Part shown: positions 10,237 through 21,800 of the stretch, in pieces | How the letters are laid out: every line of letters begins with the position of its first letter | Position numbering within the stretch: the first letter of the stretch is position 1 | Source of the DNA: Chiloscyllium plagiosum | Taxonomy: Eukaryota | NCBI RefSeq assembly: GCF_004010195.1 | Contig: NC_057720.1 | Location: 28,963,354-29,027,353, forward strand | Reading direction: 5' to 3' | Length of the DNA: 64,000 bases | Notes under the pieces: generated by a model | What the model saw: the letters and a program-made list of their open reading frames with translations, nothing else | The model's database searches: none | Told to the model about the DNA's origin: nothing | Program-made: the position numbers and the translations under genes

Positions 10237-12614
10237 TAATCATCAGAGAGATCAGGGTCTTGGTACACAGCTACGTACCAGCAATAACACACAAGATTTA
10301 CTGACAGCAAATAAAATCATTCCATACTGCATATTTATTTATCGGTATATTTATTGGGTTTATAAGTCCTTCACCAGTTACAATGCAAGATGACCATGGT
10401 AACACAAACAAAGCTTTATATTTTCAGTAACCTTCCTTGAATCCACAATACATGATGTTACCACAGCTCATGCTTCTTTCATGAAGTAAACTTGTTCTGA
10501 TTTTCAAGCTGATCTCATTCAGCATTAGATAGATAGATCAACCAGTTAGCAGTTCCATTACTTTCACTTAAACTGATTCTGCAGTCTTAAACTACTGTGA
10601 TGTTTGATCTCACTGTGATGCTTGATCTCACTGTGATGCAGGCATGGTGCAGATAAGACTTGTCCTGTGACATCGTAATTTGACTCATCTAGTTAAAAGG
10701 GTGAAAACAGCTGAAATTATGTTTGATTAGCACCCTTGGGCTTCACTGACTGAGGCTGCAATAACTTACAGTGCAAGTATTCAATAACAGGTTTCTATGT
10801 AATCACATCCTCGAGGCCAGGGAACACTTGCAATGGGCAGCAATGGGATTCTTTGCCACAAAATAATTATCTACATTTACAAAACCGAGACATTAGGAGC
10901 CACTGATGATAATTTGATGCCAGAATCAGAAAAGCCACTTGTCTTTGTTGGAAATGTGGCCATCAGGATTCTACAGTTTGTAAGCAACATTTTTCAAGAC
11001 ATACCAGCTACAGCAATTTCAAAGAACCCACCCTTACCCCACATCAATATTTCTAACTGTTACATAAATCAAATAGTTTGTTAAAACATTCATTAGTTAC
11101 AAAGTAGCCTTAATCAGATAAACTTCCAATATCCACAGCCTTATATCTAATCTATCAGTTGATTATGTTGATGGCATTTTGTTCACAGCGAAAACATTTT
11201 CTAACTGAGCACATTCATTCCTAGAGAGATCAGCCAGTCAATAATAATCAGTTTATTTCAATTTCTTTCACTGAAACTAGCTGCATGGCCTCCCGCCTCA
11301 ACTGTGTCCAGTTTCTAACACTGGTGTCTGATCTCACTGTAATGCTCAGTGTGAGGGCAAAGCTGGCTGTGTGATATCATTGCTTGACTCAAGCAGGTTT
11401 GTGTCTCTCCATGATGAAAGCGTTGGATAAACACCCTTAAGTTTCACCTATGTCATAATGACAGATAGAGCTGCAATATTAGAAATTGGTTTCCATGTGG
11501 TTACAGCCCAGAAAACGTGGGTTGGTGGACAACAGAGATGGGATTGGGTGTCTTCACAATGCCTCCTTCATCTTTGCTCAAGGATGGTTGCAATGTTCTA
11601 ATGTGCTTTGACCCAATGCTTGGTTCCTAGGCTTTGTAGTGATGTTCTGCTGCACACTCCTGATCATTGGTTGGTGCAAGATACCATTCGTAAGAAGCCA
11701 GTGTAGAAAGCTTATGTCTCAAGGAGTGGGGGAGTGGGGAAGAAGGATTGGTGTCACTGGAGAGCTCAGTTGGAGCTGAAACAAATTCACGAGTTTCATG
11801 TATCAGTGCTAAGACTTTTAAGTAGGCCTTTTCAACAAGGTTATTGGAGTTGAGCCAGTTTCATTAAACTATTTTTCTGGATAAAGAGAGCAGATCGTAA
11901 AAAATGATCATGTTAGCCTAACCTCTAGAATATCTCAAATAATGCCAATGTTGTCAGTTCCTAATTACATAATGCATATCATATAGTTACATAACAGGTC
12001 ATGAACTCTGTGATTGGCAATGCTGGTCAGTCTGAGACTATAAGGAAGGACCTGACAGTGTGATTGATTAATCTTTAGACAGATCAGACTTCAGACATCT
12101 AAGTAACTATCAAACTGTCATGAAAAAACTCCTTGTGACAACAGATACAATTTCATTCTACTGTACAGCAGTATTCAAAAATACAAGAAAACCATTTTGA
12201 GACAAATCTTTCAATTATCTGTAACCTACTATTTTTGGTTGATGATGTTGCGATTGTTCACAGTGTCTCCCCAAAGTGAACTTCTCAGATCTTCTAAGTG
12301 ATCACATTCACTCCGAGGTAGATCATCCAGTTAGTAAGATTATGCAACTCCTCTTCTTATTTAAACTGTGTAACCTATTGCCTCAAACTTAACCAATTTA
12401 CAAACCTATTGGGACATGCCATATGAGGAAAGCTTGCTTTCTGATGTAATGGCTTGAATCCTTAATTAAAAGGGGCTTGATTTTGATAAAATTGTGATTA
12501 GCAAAAAGCCTTGGGCATCATTTAGGGCAAAGCTTTGAGAAAATTACAGAAAATAAAGGCTGTTTGGCAAAACTTAAGTCAACCATCCAAAAATATTATA
12601 ATGCTCTGCAACTG

Positions 12615-13520
12615 GATGTAGGTTTGCTCACTGAGCTGGAAGGTTCATTTCCAGATGTTTCGTTACCCTACTAGGTAAGATCTTCAATGGGCATCAGGTG
12701 AAGTACTGTACATGATTCCTGCTTTCTATTTATATGTTTGGGTTTCTTTGGGCTGGTGATGTCACTTCCTGTGGTGACATCATTTCCTGTTATTTTTCTC
12801 AGGGGGTGGTAGATAGGGTCTAACTCGATGTGTTTGTTGATAGAGTTCCGGTTGGAATGCCATGCTTCTAGGAATTCTCGTGCATGTCTCTGTTTGGCTT
12901 GTCCTAAGGGAAATGTGTTGTCCCAGTCGAAGTGGTGTCCTTTCTTATCTGTATGTAAGGATAGTAGTGAGAGAGGATTATGTCATTTTGTGGCTAGGTG
13001 ATGTTCATGTATCCTGGTGGCTAGTTTTCTGCCTGTTTGAACAATGTAGTGTTTGTCACTGTTCTTGCAAAGTAGTTTGTAAATGACATTAGTTTTGCTT
13101 GTTACCTGTATAGGGAGTTTCAAGTTCATTAGCTGCTGTTTTAGTGTGTTGGTAGGTTTGTGGGCTACCATGATGCCAAGGGCTCTGAGTAGTATGGCAG
13201 TCATTTGGAGATGTCTTTGATTTAGGGGAGAGTGGTTATGGTTTCTGGACGTTGTTTGTCTGATTGTTTGGGTTTGTTGCTGACAAATCGGTGGACTGTG
13301 TTCATTGGTACCCATTCTTTTTGAATATGCGGTATAGGTGGTTTTCCTCTGCTTTGCGTAGTTCCTTTGTGCTGCAGTGTGTGTTGGCTCGTTGAAATAA
13401 TGTTCTGATGCAGCTTCGTTTGTGAATGTTGGGATGAATGTTTATGTAGTTCAATATTTGGTCCATATGTATTGCTTTCCTATAGATGCTGGTTTGAAGG
13501 CGCCCATTGGCTGTTTGCTA
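12615..13520 (-). mobile_element. Penelope-like element fragment (RT C-terminus plus GIY-YIG endonuclease)
   Basis: KTNVIYKLLCKNSDKHYIVQTGRKLATRIHEH is a GIY-YIG motif. A related fragment lies at 33275-33650. Confidence 0.85.
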
Positions 13521-13669
13521 CCGTGCTGCCCCTTATGAAAGTCACAGGCTACTTAATAACACAATTTCAAAATTACCAAAAGTTTAAGGATCATACATGT
13601 GTTATTTCATGAGGAATAAGATTGATGTGAATTATTGGGTAACTAGAACATGCCTACCTCTTCTATTAT

Positions 13670-16460
13670 TAAAAACAACAAATTCCAAAAATCACAGCAG
13701 GTCAGACAGAATCCATGGAGTGCGAGAAAACAAGTGTTTCGAGTTTAGTTGACTCTTCATCAGAGCTGAAGTGAAGTGTGGAGGGCAGTGTGGGGAGTGA
13801 TGGGTGTAGAATGCTGATGAAGAAAAGATGTTGATGATTCAGATTAATTGAGCCATATGTGAGAATGGCAGAACCTTGGTGTGTCTAACTACCAGATTTC
13901 AAAGAGCAGACAGCTCCCCTGGAGTTGGGGAAGGAGAGAGAGAGGACATGATGATTTGGGAATGTATAAATAAAGCTAAAAGGAAGGGAAAAAAATGGGA
14001 GAATGTAACAAGTAAGATAAAAAGAAATGGAAGAAATGGGAGTTGGTTCACAATTTGAAGGTGTTGAACTCAATTAAAGTCCAGTAGGCTGTAAAGTGCC
14101 TAGTCTGAAGATGAGATGCTGTTCCTCCAGTTTGTGCTTTACTGGAACACTACAGCATCCTGAGGACAGACCTGTGGGCATGTGAGCAAGACACTGTGTT
14201 AAAATGACTGGCTATGGGAAGGTCGGGGTCATACTTGCACACAGTTCAGAGGTGTTCCACAAAGCGGTCATCTGGTTTGCGTTTGTTTTCTCTGATGTAG
14301 AGTAGGCCACATTGGGTGCAGCGAATACAATTGACAAGATTGGAGGAGGTACAGGTGAAATCCTGCTTCACCTCGAAAGACTGTTAGGTCCTTGGATGGT
14401 GAGCAATAAGGAGGTGAAGAGGCAGGTGTTGCACCTTTTGTGGCTACATGGGAAGGTACCATGGGAACAGTATATGGTGTTGGTGGTTGTAAAATGGACT
14501 AGACACTCCTCGAGGGAATGATCCATGCAAAATGCAGACTGGGGAAGTTAGGGGAAGATGTGTTTGGTGGTGGCATTCTGCTGGAGTTGTCTGAAATGGT
14601 GGAGAATGATGCTTGAATGTGGAGGCTGGTGGGATTAACAGTGAGGACAAGGGGAACCCGATCACGCTGTTGTGAGCGATGGAAAGGGGAAAGTGTGGAA
14701 GCAAAGTGATAGGTTGGATGTGATAGAGGGCCCTGTCATTCACAGTGGGTGGGAAACCATGGTCATGGAAGAAGTAAGCCATGTCGGCAACTCTGTTTTG
14801 GAAGGTGCTATCATCCAAATAGATGCGACTTTGGCGAAGGAACTGGGAGAATGGGATGGAGTCTTTGCAGGACGTGGGGTGTGACAAGCTGTAGTGAAGG
14901 TAGCTATGGGGGTCCGTGGCTTTGTAGTGGATAGCAGTGAACAGTTTATGCTCAGAAATGGAGACAGAGAGATCAAGGAAAGGAAGGGAAGTGCCAAAAA
15001 CGGATGAATTGGAAGTTATGGGGGTGGGAGGTGGGTGGGAATTGGAGGCAAAATGAAAAAAATGTTCACAGTCCTGGTGGGAGCATGAAGTGAAGAAATA
15101 ATTGTGGGAGGGGGTCAGTCTAAGACTGGAACAAGAATTGTTCCACATAACCCATAAGAGGCAGGCATAACTGGGACCCATGTGAGTGCCCATAAGCACT
15201 CTTTGACCTGGCAGATGTGAGATGAATTAAAGGAGAAATTGTTCAGTGAGAGAACAGGTTCAGCCAGGCAGCAGAGAGTGATAGTGGATGGGGATTGTTC
15301 AGGCCTCTAATGAGGAAGAAGTCGAGGGACCATCCTAGATGGGAATGGAGGTATGGAGAGATTGAACATCCATGGTGAACAGAAGGGAGCTAGGGCCAGG
15401 GAACTGGAAATTGGCAATATGGTGGAGGGGATCAGAGTAATTGTGGATGTAGGTCATGAACAGACTGATACGATGGGTCTACCAAGACAATCTAGTTTGT
15501 GGATTTTCGGAGGGAGGTAGAGGAGGGCTGTCCAGGGTTGGGAGATGATAAAATTGAAGGCAGTTGGGGGGGGAAGATCTCTGGAGTTAATTAGGTCGGT
15601 GACAGTCCTGGCAACAATGGATTGATGTTCGGATGTGGAGTCATGGTCCATGGGGTGGTAGGAAGAAGTGTCCAAGAGTTGGTGTTTAGATTCCACAAGG
15701 TACACCTCAATGCACCAGGCTACAACAGCACCACCTTTGTCAGCCAGTTTGATAACAAAGTTAGGGGAGGACCTAATAGAGTGGCAATTTCAAAAGGGAA
15801 CAGATTAAAGTTGGTGAGAGGGACAGAGAAATTGAGATGGCCGATGTCACATCGGCAGTTTTCAAATGAAGAGATCGAGGGCAAGCAAGAGGACAGGAAA
15901 AGGGCTCTAATTGGAGGCTGAGTAATGGAGGTAGGTGAAGGGATCAGTGGAAGGAGATGGGGGGAGTGGGAGGGTGGCAGTGTGCAGGGCAGTCCTGCTT
16001 AAGAGGTGAGCATGGAGACAGAGGCAGCAGCAAAACAGTTCAACATCATGACGAATCCGAAGGTGGGGTCATAAGGGTATGAAGCTGAGCCCTTTGCCAA
16101 GGACAGTACATTCAGCCTCACTGAGGGGATGGCCAGGAGGAATGGTGAGCATACAGCAAGGGTTGGGGTCAGGGGGAAGTGTCTGAGGGGACAGAAAGTG
16201 ATGGCATCTGAGGACTGGGAAGAGGTGGGTGCTGAGGGGTGGTTCTCAGAACGTATGTTGGAATCCATAAGTTGCTGGAGCTTGCGTGTCTTGATGTCCA
16301 TAAGAAATTGTCTTTTTGTCGAGGTGAAGTATAAGGCAAAGGATGAAGTGAAACTGAGGAACAACACAGCTTTGAGTGAGAGTGACTCAATGTTGCTGCA
16401 GAGTGGAGTTGAGCGTGCACGTTTGTAGTGCATTGGGCTAAGCATCTGCCGTATCCGGAC
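13670..16460 (-). mobile_element. Near full-length decayed Penelope-like element (RT plus GIY-YIG)
   Basis: Peptides LPPKIHKLDCLGRPIVS, MGTHMGPSYACL, PFLDLSV and HSYLHYSLSHPTSCKDSIPFSQFLR. GIY-YIG region near 14270-14370. Terminal hammerhead-like motif at ~13735-13763. Confidence 0.88.
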
Positions 16461-16946
16461 ATTGTGCCATCCCACTGCCTAGAAATACTTCCCAGCCTGT
16501 GTGAATGGAGAGGTTACTTTATAGGTATGCTGTTAATCATCATCATAAAACTGCCTTTCTTCAGTTTAAGCTCTTCTTTCTCTCAAATTGTATATTCTCT
16601 CAAACTGCATAATTCATTTGCTGAACCCAAAATCTCTCCTGCACAAACAACTATAGAAAGAAACTAAAAAGATCAACTTTATTCCATGGAAAACTAATTC
16701 TTTGTTCATCAGCAGATGCTGAAGGGATTTAGATAATACTTCATGACATTACATTAACTTGACTTCAAGGGTTACTATAATAATCATATTATGAACATGA
16801 AGTATCATTTGATCACTGAAAAAATATCTCAATTATTGGAATGGAATTCATGAAGTGAAATTACTAATACAAATTTACTCTCAATTATATTTTTTGATTC
16901 TCCATCTCCCCAGACATGCCTCCTCCTTGCTGCCACCATCTTTGTT

Positions 16947-18604
16947 ACTTAAGAGGGTACTTAAGAGGGAAATCAGGAGGGCAAAACGGGGACATGAGAT
17001 AGCTTTGGCAAATAGAATTGAGGAGAATCCAAAGGATTTTTACAAATATATTAAGGACAAAAGGGTAACTAGGGAGAGAATAGGGCCCTTCAAAGGTCAG
17101 CAAGGCAGCCTTTGTGTGGAGCCACAGAAAATAGGGGAGATACTAAATGAATATTTTGCATCAGTATTTACTGTGGAAAAGGATATGGAAGATATAGACT
17201 GTAGGGAAATAGATGGTGACATCTTGCAAAATGTCCAGATTACAGAGGAGGAAGTGCTGGATGCATTGAAACGATTAAAGGCGGATAAATCCCCAGGACC
17301 TGANNNNNNNNNNNNNNNNNNNNNNNNNNNNNNNNNNNNNNNNNNNNNNNNNNNNNNNNNNNNNNNNNNNNNNNNNNNNNNNNNNNNNNNNNNNNNNNNN
17401 NNNNNNNNNNNNNNNNNNNNNNNNNNNNNNNNNNNNNNNNNNNNNNNNNNNNNNNNNNNNNNNNNNNNNNNNNNNNNNNNNNNNNNNNNNNNNNNNNNNN
17501 NNNNNNNNNNNNNNNNNNNNNNNNNNNNNNNNNNNNNNNNNNNNNNNNNNNNNNNNNNNNNNNNNNNNNNNNNNNNNNNNNNNNNNNNNNNNNNNNNNNN
17601 NNNNNNNNNNNNNNNNNNNNNNNNNNNNNNNNNNNNNNNNNNNNNNNNNNNNNNNNNNNNNNNNNNNNNNNNNNNNNNNNNNNNNNNNNNNNNNNNNNNN
17701 NNNNNNNNNNNNNNNNNNNNNNNNNNNNNNNNNNNNNNNNNNNNNNNNNNNNNNNNNNNNNNNNNNNNNNNNNNNNNNNNNNNNNNNNNNNNNNNNNNNN
17801 NNNNNNNNNNNNNNNNNNNNNNNNNNNNNNNNNNNNNNNNNNNNNNNNNAATGGTAAGGTCCTAGGGAGTGTTGCTGAACAAAGAGACCTTGGAGTGCAG
17901 GTTCATAGCTTCTTGAAAGTGGAGTCACAGGTAGAGAGGATAGTGAAGAAGGCATTTGGTATGCTTTCCTTTATTGGTCAGAGTATTGAGTACAGGAGTT
18001 GGGAGGTCATGTTGCGGCTGTACAGGACATTGGTTAGGCCACTATTGGAGTATTGCATGCAATTCTGGTCTCCTTCCTTTCGGAAAGATGTTGTGAAACT
18101 TGAAAGGGTTCAGAAAAAATTCAGAAAGGGTTCAGAAAGGATGTTGCCAGGGTTGGAGGATCTGAGCTACAGGGAGAGGCTGAACAGGCTGGGGCTGTTT
18201 TCCCTGGAGCGTCGGAGGCTGAGGGGTGACCTTATGGAGATTTACAAAATTATGAGGGACATGAATAGGATAAATAGATAAAGTCTTTTCCCTGGGGTCC
18301 GGGAGTCCAGAACGAGAGGGCACAGGTTTAGGATGAGAGGGGAAAGATATAAAAGAGACCTAAAGGGCAACGTTTTCACGCAGAGGGTGGTACGTGTATG
18401 GAATGAGCTGCCAGAGGATGTGGTGGAGGCTGGTAAAATTGCAATATTTAAGAGGCATTTGTATGGGTATATGAATAGGAAGGGTTTGGAGGGATATGGG
18501 CCGGGTGCTGGCAGGTGGGACTAGATTGGATTGGGATATCTGGTTGGCATGGATGGGTTGGACCAAAGGGTCTGTTTCCATGCTGTATATCTCTATGATT
18601 CTAT
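16947..18604 (+). mobile_element. Young CR1 LINE, 5'-truncated, spanning assembly gap 17304-17850
   Basis: LKREIRRAKRGHE...DKSPGP and LYRTLVRPLLEYCMQFWSP...FTQRVVRVWNELP, followed by the CR1 3' tail. Confidence 0.93.
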
Positions 18605-19589
18605 TGTTATTGGGTGTCCTCCTCAGTTGCTGCCATTTGGATCCATGCTGCTGGGTAAGTGTGAGCATTCCCCACAGAGGAATTCTGGCCCTGGGAAGTC
18701 AAACCCTGATGAGCAAGGGAGCAAGTTACTCAGGTCCTGAGAGTTTTTGATTTGTTCATGGAATGCTGGTCTTGCTGGCTAGGCAAGTGTTTATTACCCA
18801 TTCCTAATTCCCAGAAGGTAGTTAAGCATCAACCACATTGAAGTCTGGATCTGGAGTCACATGTAGGCCAAATAAGGTAAGAATCACAGATTTTCTTCCA
18901 TAAGTGATCAGCTTACACCAAATCTACCGCTAAAGGACATTAATGAATCAGATGGGTTTTACAACTATCAAAGAGTCACCCTTAGTTTTTAGTTCCAGAT
19001 TTTGCTGAATTCAAATTTCACCATCTTCCATGCTCAGATTTGAGCCGATAACCCCAGAATATTAAACAGAGGTTCAGGATTATTAGACCGGTGTCATTAC
19101 CACTATTCCACCACTTCATCCAGCAAAGATCGAACCAGAGGCAACAAACAGTGCCGATTGCAGCTGAGGTTGGGGGGGTGACTGAATCCCAGCTTGCTGG
19201 AATCTCACTCCCAGTACTGGAAACTGAAGCTGAAAGAAGAGCTGTTGAAGTCAAGTCACCTCATCAGTAACAGAGCATCGATGATCACAGATCAAAGGCT
19301 GAGGGGTGAAAGATAGCTCCCCTAGGCCTGGTGAAGGTCATAATGAACAGGGTGGAATTCCATGATCCAAATGTTGGAATTATGCCAAATGGCATAAATT
19401 TCCCACTCCAGCATTATATATGAAATATGTTGTTTCTTTGGTCAACAGAATTCCACGATTTGTAGATTCTACTTATTGCCACATTGAACATCAGAAACTG
19501 TTCCATTCACATTCCATATATGTCAGTTGTACAATCTGTGGCAATGTTGTTGTTATAGGTTTTTATTTTTTTTTCAAAGTATGGTTGGT

Positions 19590-19935
19590 TGATAACACTT
19601 GTATCTCTGAGTCAGCCAGAAAGGTTGAGTACAGACTCTGCTGCAGAGTCAGGATAACAAAAATTTCAAACTGATTCCAGCGCAGTACTGGTTGCTGTTG
19701 CTGTCTTTCAAGTAATATGTTAAAGTAAGGCCACATCTACCCTCTTAGGTACATGCAAAATACTGCATGACATTATTGCAAAGAATGATATTCCTGGTGT
19801 TGTCAATCTTTACCCTTCAATCAACTTTTAAAAACAACTGGTCATTATTGTATGGTGCAGCTTGCTGCATTTTCTACATCAACGGCTATACGTAAGAAGC
19901 TGTGGACAATGTGGAGCACTATGTAAATGCAACTT
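19590..19935 (+). mobile_element. Old Deu-domain-type SINE remnant
   Basis: GAGTCAG..AAGGTTG head, CCCTCTTAGGT..ATG core and TATGTAAATGCAA end. Similar remnants at 30110-30305, 41680-41965 and 61820-62020. Confidence 0.5.
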
Positions 19936-20299
19936 TTACCATAACTATCCCTGAAAAGTGAGGGATTAGTGTCATCTAGTTATTGATTGCTTTATTTGCT
20001 AATGCATTTTACATTAAAAATGTAAACTATTGCAAAATGCTGTGGTTTAATTTAGTGTAGATATTTAAATAGTGAAGCACCTGCTTTTTCACCTTGATCC
20101 TTGGGATTGAACAAAAAAGTTCACTCTGCACATACATTGTCTCAACAACAACTTTTATTTATTCAGTGGGAGAGTCGGTTACCCGAAATGAAGACGGGAG
20201 ATTCAGCAAGTGTCAGAGATGGTCCAGGTGAATTTATTTATTTAGCACTGTTTATTTATCGTAATTAAAAGTTCCAATCAGGCAGTTTGCAGGAACATT

Positions 20300-21144
20300 G
20301 ATTTGTAGGTGCCAGTCCTGAACTGGGGTGTACAAAGTTAAAAATCACACAACACCAGGTTATAGTCCAACAGATTTATTTAGAAACACTAGCTTTCAAA
20401 GTGCTGCTCCTTCATCATGTGGTTGTGGCAGAGCAGAATCTGATAGCCAAATTCGGTACCCATGAGGATGGCCTCAACGGGACCTTGGGTTCATGTCACA
20501 CTACAGGTGACCCCACTGCACTACAAAAACACACACACACTCCTACAGATCCATACACTCACGCAGACCCTCTCTCATACGTTTACACACACACACTCGC
20601 ACCCTCTTTACACTCGCACACTTTTGCACACTCCACTCCCAACCACGCACACATACACCCACATGTACACAAACACATACACATAAAGTTTGTGGGTGAA
20701 TTTGTACTTGAAGAATTACATTTTATTTTGCTGAAAAACTGCATGAATCCATGTAAGATTCTGCAAATCCCTTTTTTAGATTAGAATCCGTCTGAACATT
20801 GGGGCACAGACAACCTCACATAAGGCACCTCACATCTTCAATGCATTATCTGGGCCAACCTGGTACCTATTGTTAAAGCTCACTTGAAAATGTAACTTTA
20901 AGGAAGTTCTTGGATTTACATATGAAAGAACTGAAACCAACATGCCCACTGTAAAAGATGAGATACTTAACAATCCAGGTCTTTTTCTATATATAATTTC
21001 AGTTACATCGCAATGTACACTTTTGCTATAAATGGAGTCCTCCGATCTTAAACTCCACTACCACCTGATGAAGGAGCAGCGCTCCAAAAGTTAGTGCTTC
21101 CAAATAAACCTGTTGGACTATAACCTGGTGTGTGATTTTTAACT
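20300..21144 (+). mobile_element. Penelope-like 3' fragment with inverted terminal repeats
   Basis: 20337-20428 is inverted relative to 21055-21143. TSD T(T/C)GCAGGAACATT at 20287-20299 and 21145-21157. C-terminal peptide AEQNLIAKFGTHEDGLN. Confidence 0.8.
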
Positions 21145-21429
21145 TCGCAGGAACATTACTATTCCCGATAGAAAGTTGGGATAGCCCAGCGTTGTCCACA
21201 GCCGTTAAAAAAGAAACTGTGAACCTGGAAAACGAAAATAAGTTAGATTCATAAACGCCAACTCGAAACCTGCCTTTCCTCGCAGGTTACCCCCCTCATT
21301 CCCTGTCAATTTCCTTTCGCTGTCCGGGGCAAGATGTTTCATCCAGTGCCCCTCAAATGTTGCAGCCGAACGCCTCGCAGCAACGTCACAATGGAGTTAG
21401 ACCTCTGACCCAAGCCATCTCCAGTCACC

Positions 21430-21500
21430 GGGAGTTGATTGGCTAATAATTTAAAGCTCCTTTCTCTGATTGGTGAAATTGACGCCGGCAAATTTGAAAG
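21430..21500 (+). promoter_or_regulatory. PIF1: PIF1 core promoter: two inverted CCAAT boxes plus CDE/CHR
   Basis: ATTGG at 21438-21442 and 21469-21473 (31 bp apart). GC-rich CGCCGG at 21483-21488, 4-nt spacer, CHR TTTGAA at 21493-21498. Lies in a unique CpG-enriched region ~21.2-21.8 kb. Confidence 0.75.
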
Positions 21501-21800
21501 TTGCAGCGAATGCGGAGAGGGAACGAGCGAATGAATGAACCCGAGCAAAACTCCGGATGTACATAGACTAATGCACAGACAGCAAGCTTACACAGGTGTG
21601 TGTGTCGAGGGAAGGAGAGGACAAGTATCCTGTCCCAGCCACAGAGTAAATCCATAGATTCTAAACATCCCGTGTATTGAACTACAGAGTCAGAAGGACG
21701 CAGGATTCGGAAACATCAAACCGATTGCATCCGCAGTCGAACGGTGACTTAAACCTGTTGTAGGGCCGATTCACGTTCTGTGATTGACCCAGATCACTCA
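21500..21800 (+). other. PIF1: Putative non-coding exon 1 of PIF1
   Basis: Follows the promoter. Candidate donors CAG|GTGTGT (intron from 21596) and TCA|GTAAGT (intron from 21801). The ATG exon has an acceptor only 7 nt upstream of the ATG, so an upstream exon is expected. TSS not determined. Confidence 0.55.

Larger units (their letters stand above)
4220..12600. repeat. Ancient head-to-tail array of about six diverged ~0.7-1.1 kb units of unknown origin, interrupted by younger TEs
   Basis: Collinear recurring blocks. TGATCTCACTGT(A/G)ATGCT-like at 4228, 5602, 7199, 10605, 11329. ATCACATTCACTCC(T/A)AGAGAGATCAGCCAGT-like at 5479, 7077, 10512, 11208, 12301. CAGGTTTCCATGTGGTTACA-like at 4359, 5751, 10788, 11487. 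9510-10050 aligns with 11500-12080. Confidence 0.85.

Noticed and set aside
10594..10640. CACTGTG heptamers suggesting V(D)J recombination signals
   Set aside because: They come from a local 18-bp tandem duplication, and there is no GGTTTTTGT nonamer at 12 or 23 bp spacing.
16855..17955. 336-aa and 226-aa ORFs
   Set aside because: They are artefacts of reading through the N gap within a CR1 copy.
20401..20784. His/Thr-rich 127-aa ORF
   Set aside because: It is a PLE C-terminal remnant followed by a degenerate (CA)n tract.
21339..21655. Minus-strand ORFs suggesting a divergent gene at the promoter
   Set aside because: They are short, have non-ATG starts or no recognisable homology, and I found no downstream exons on the minus strand.
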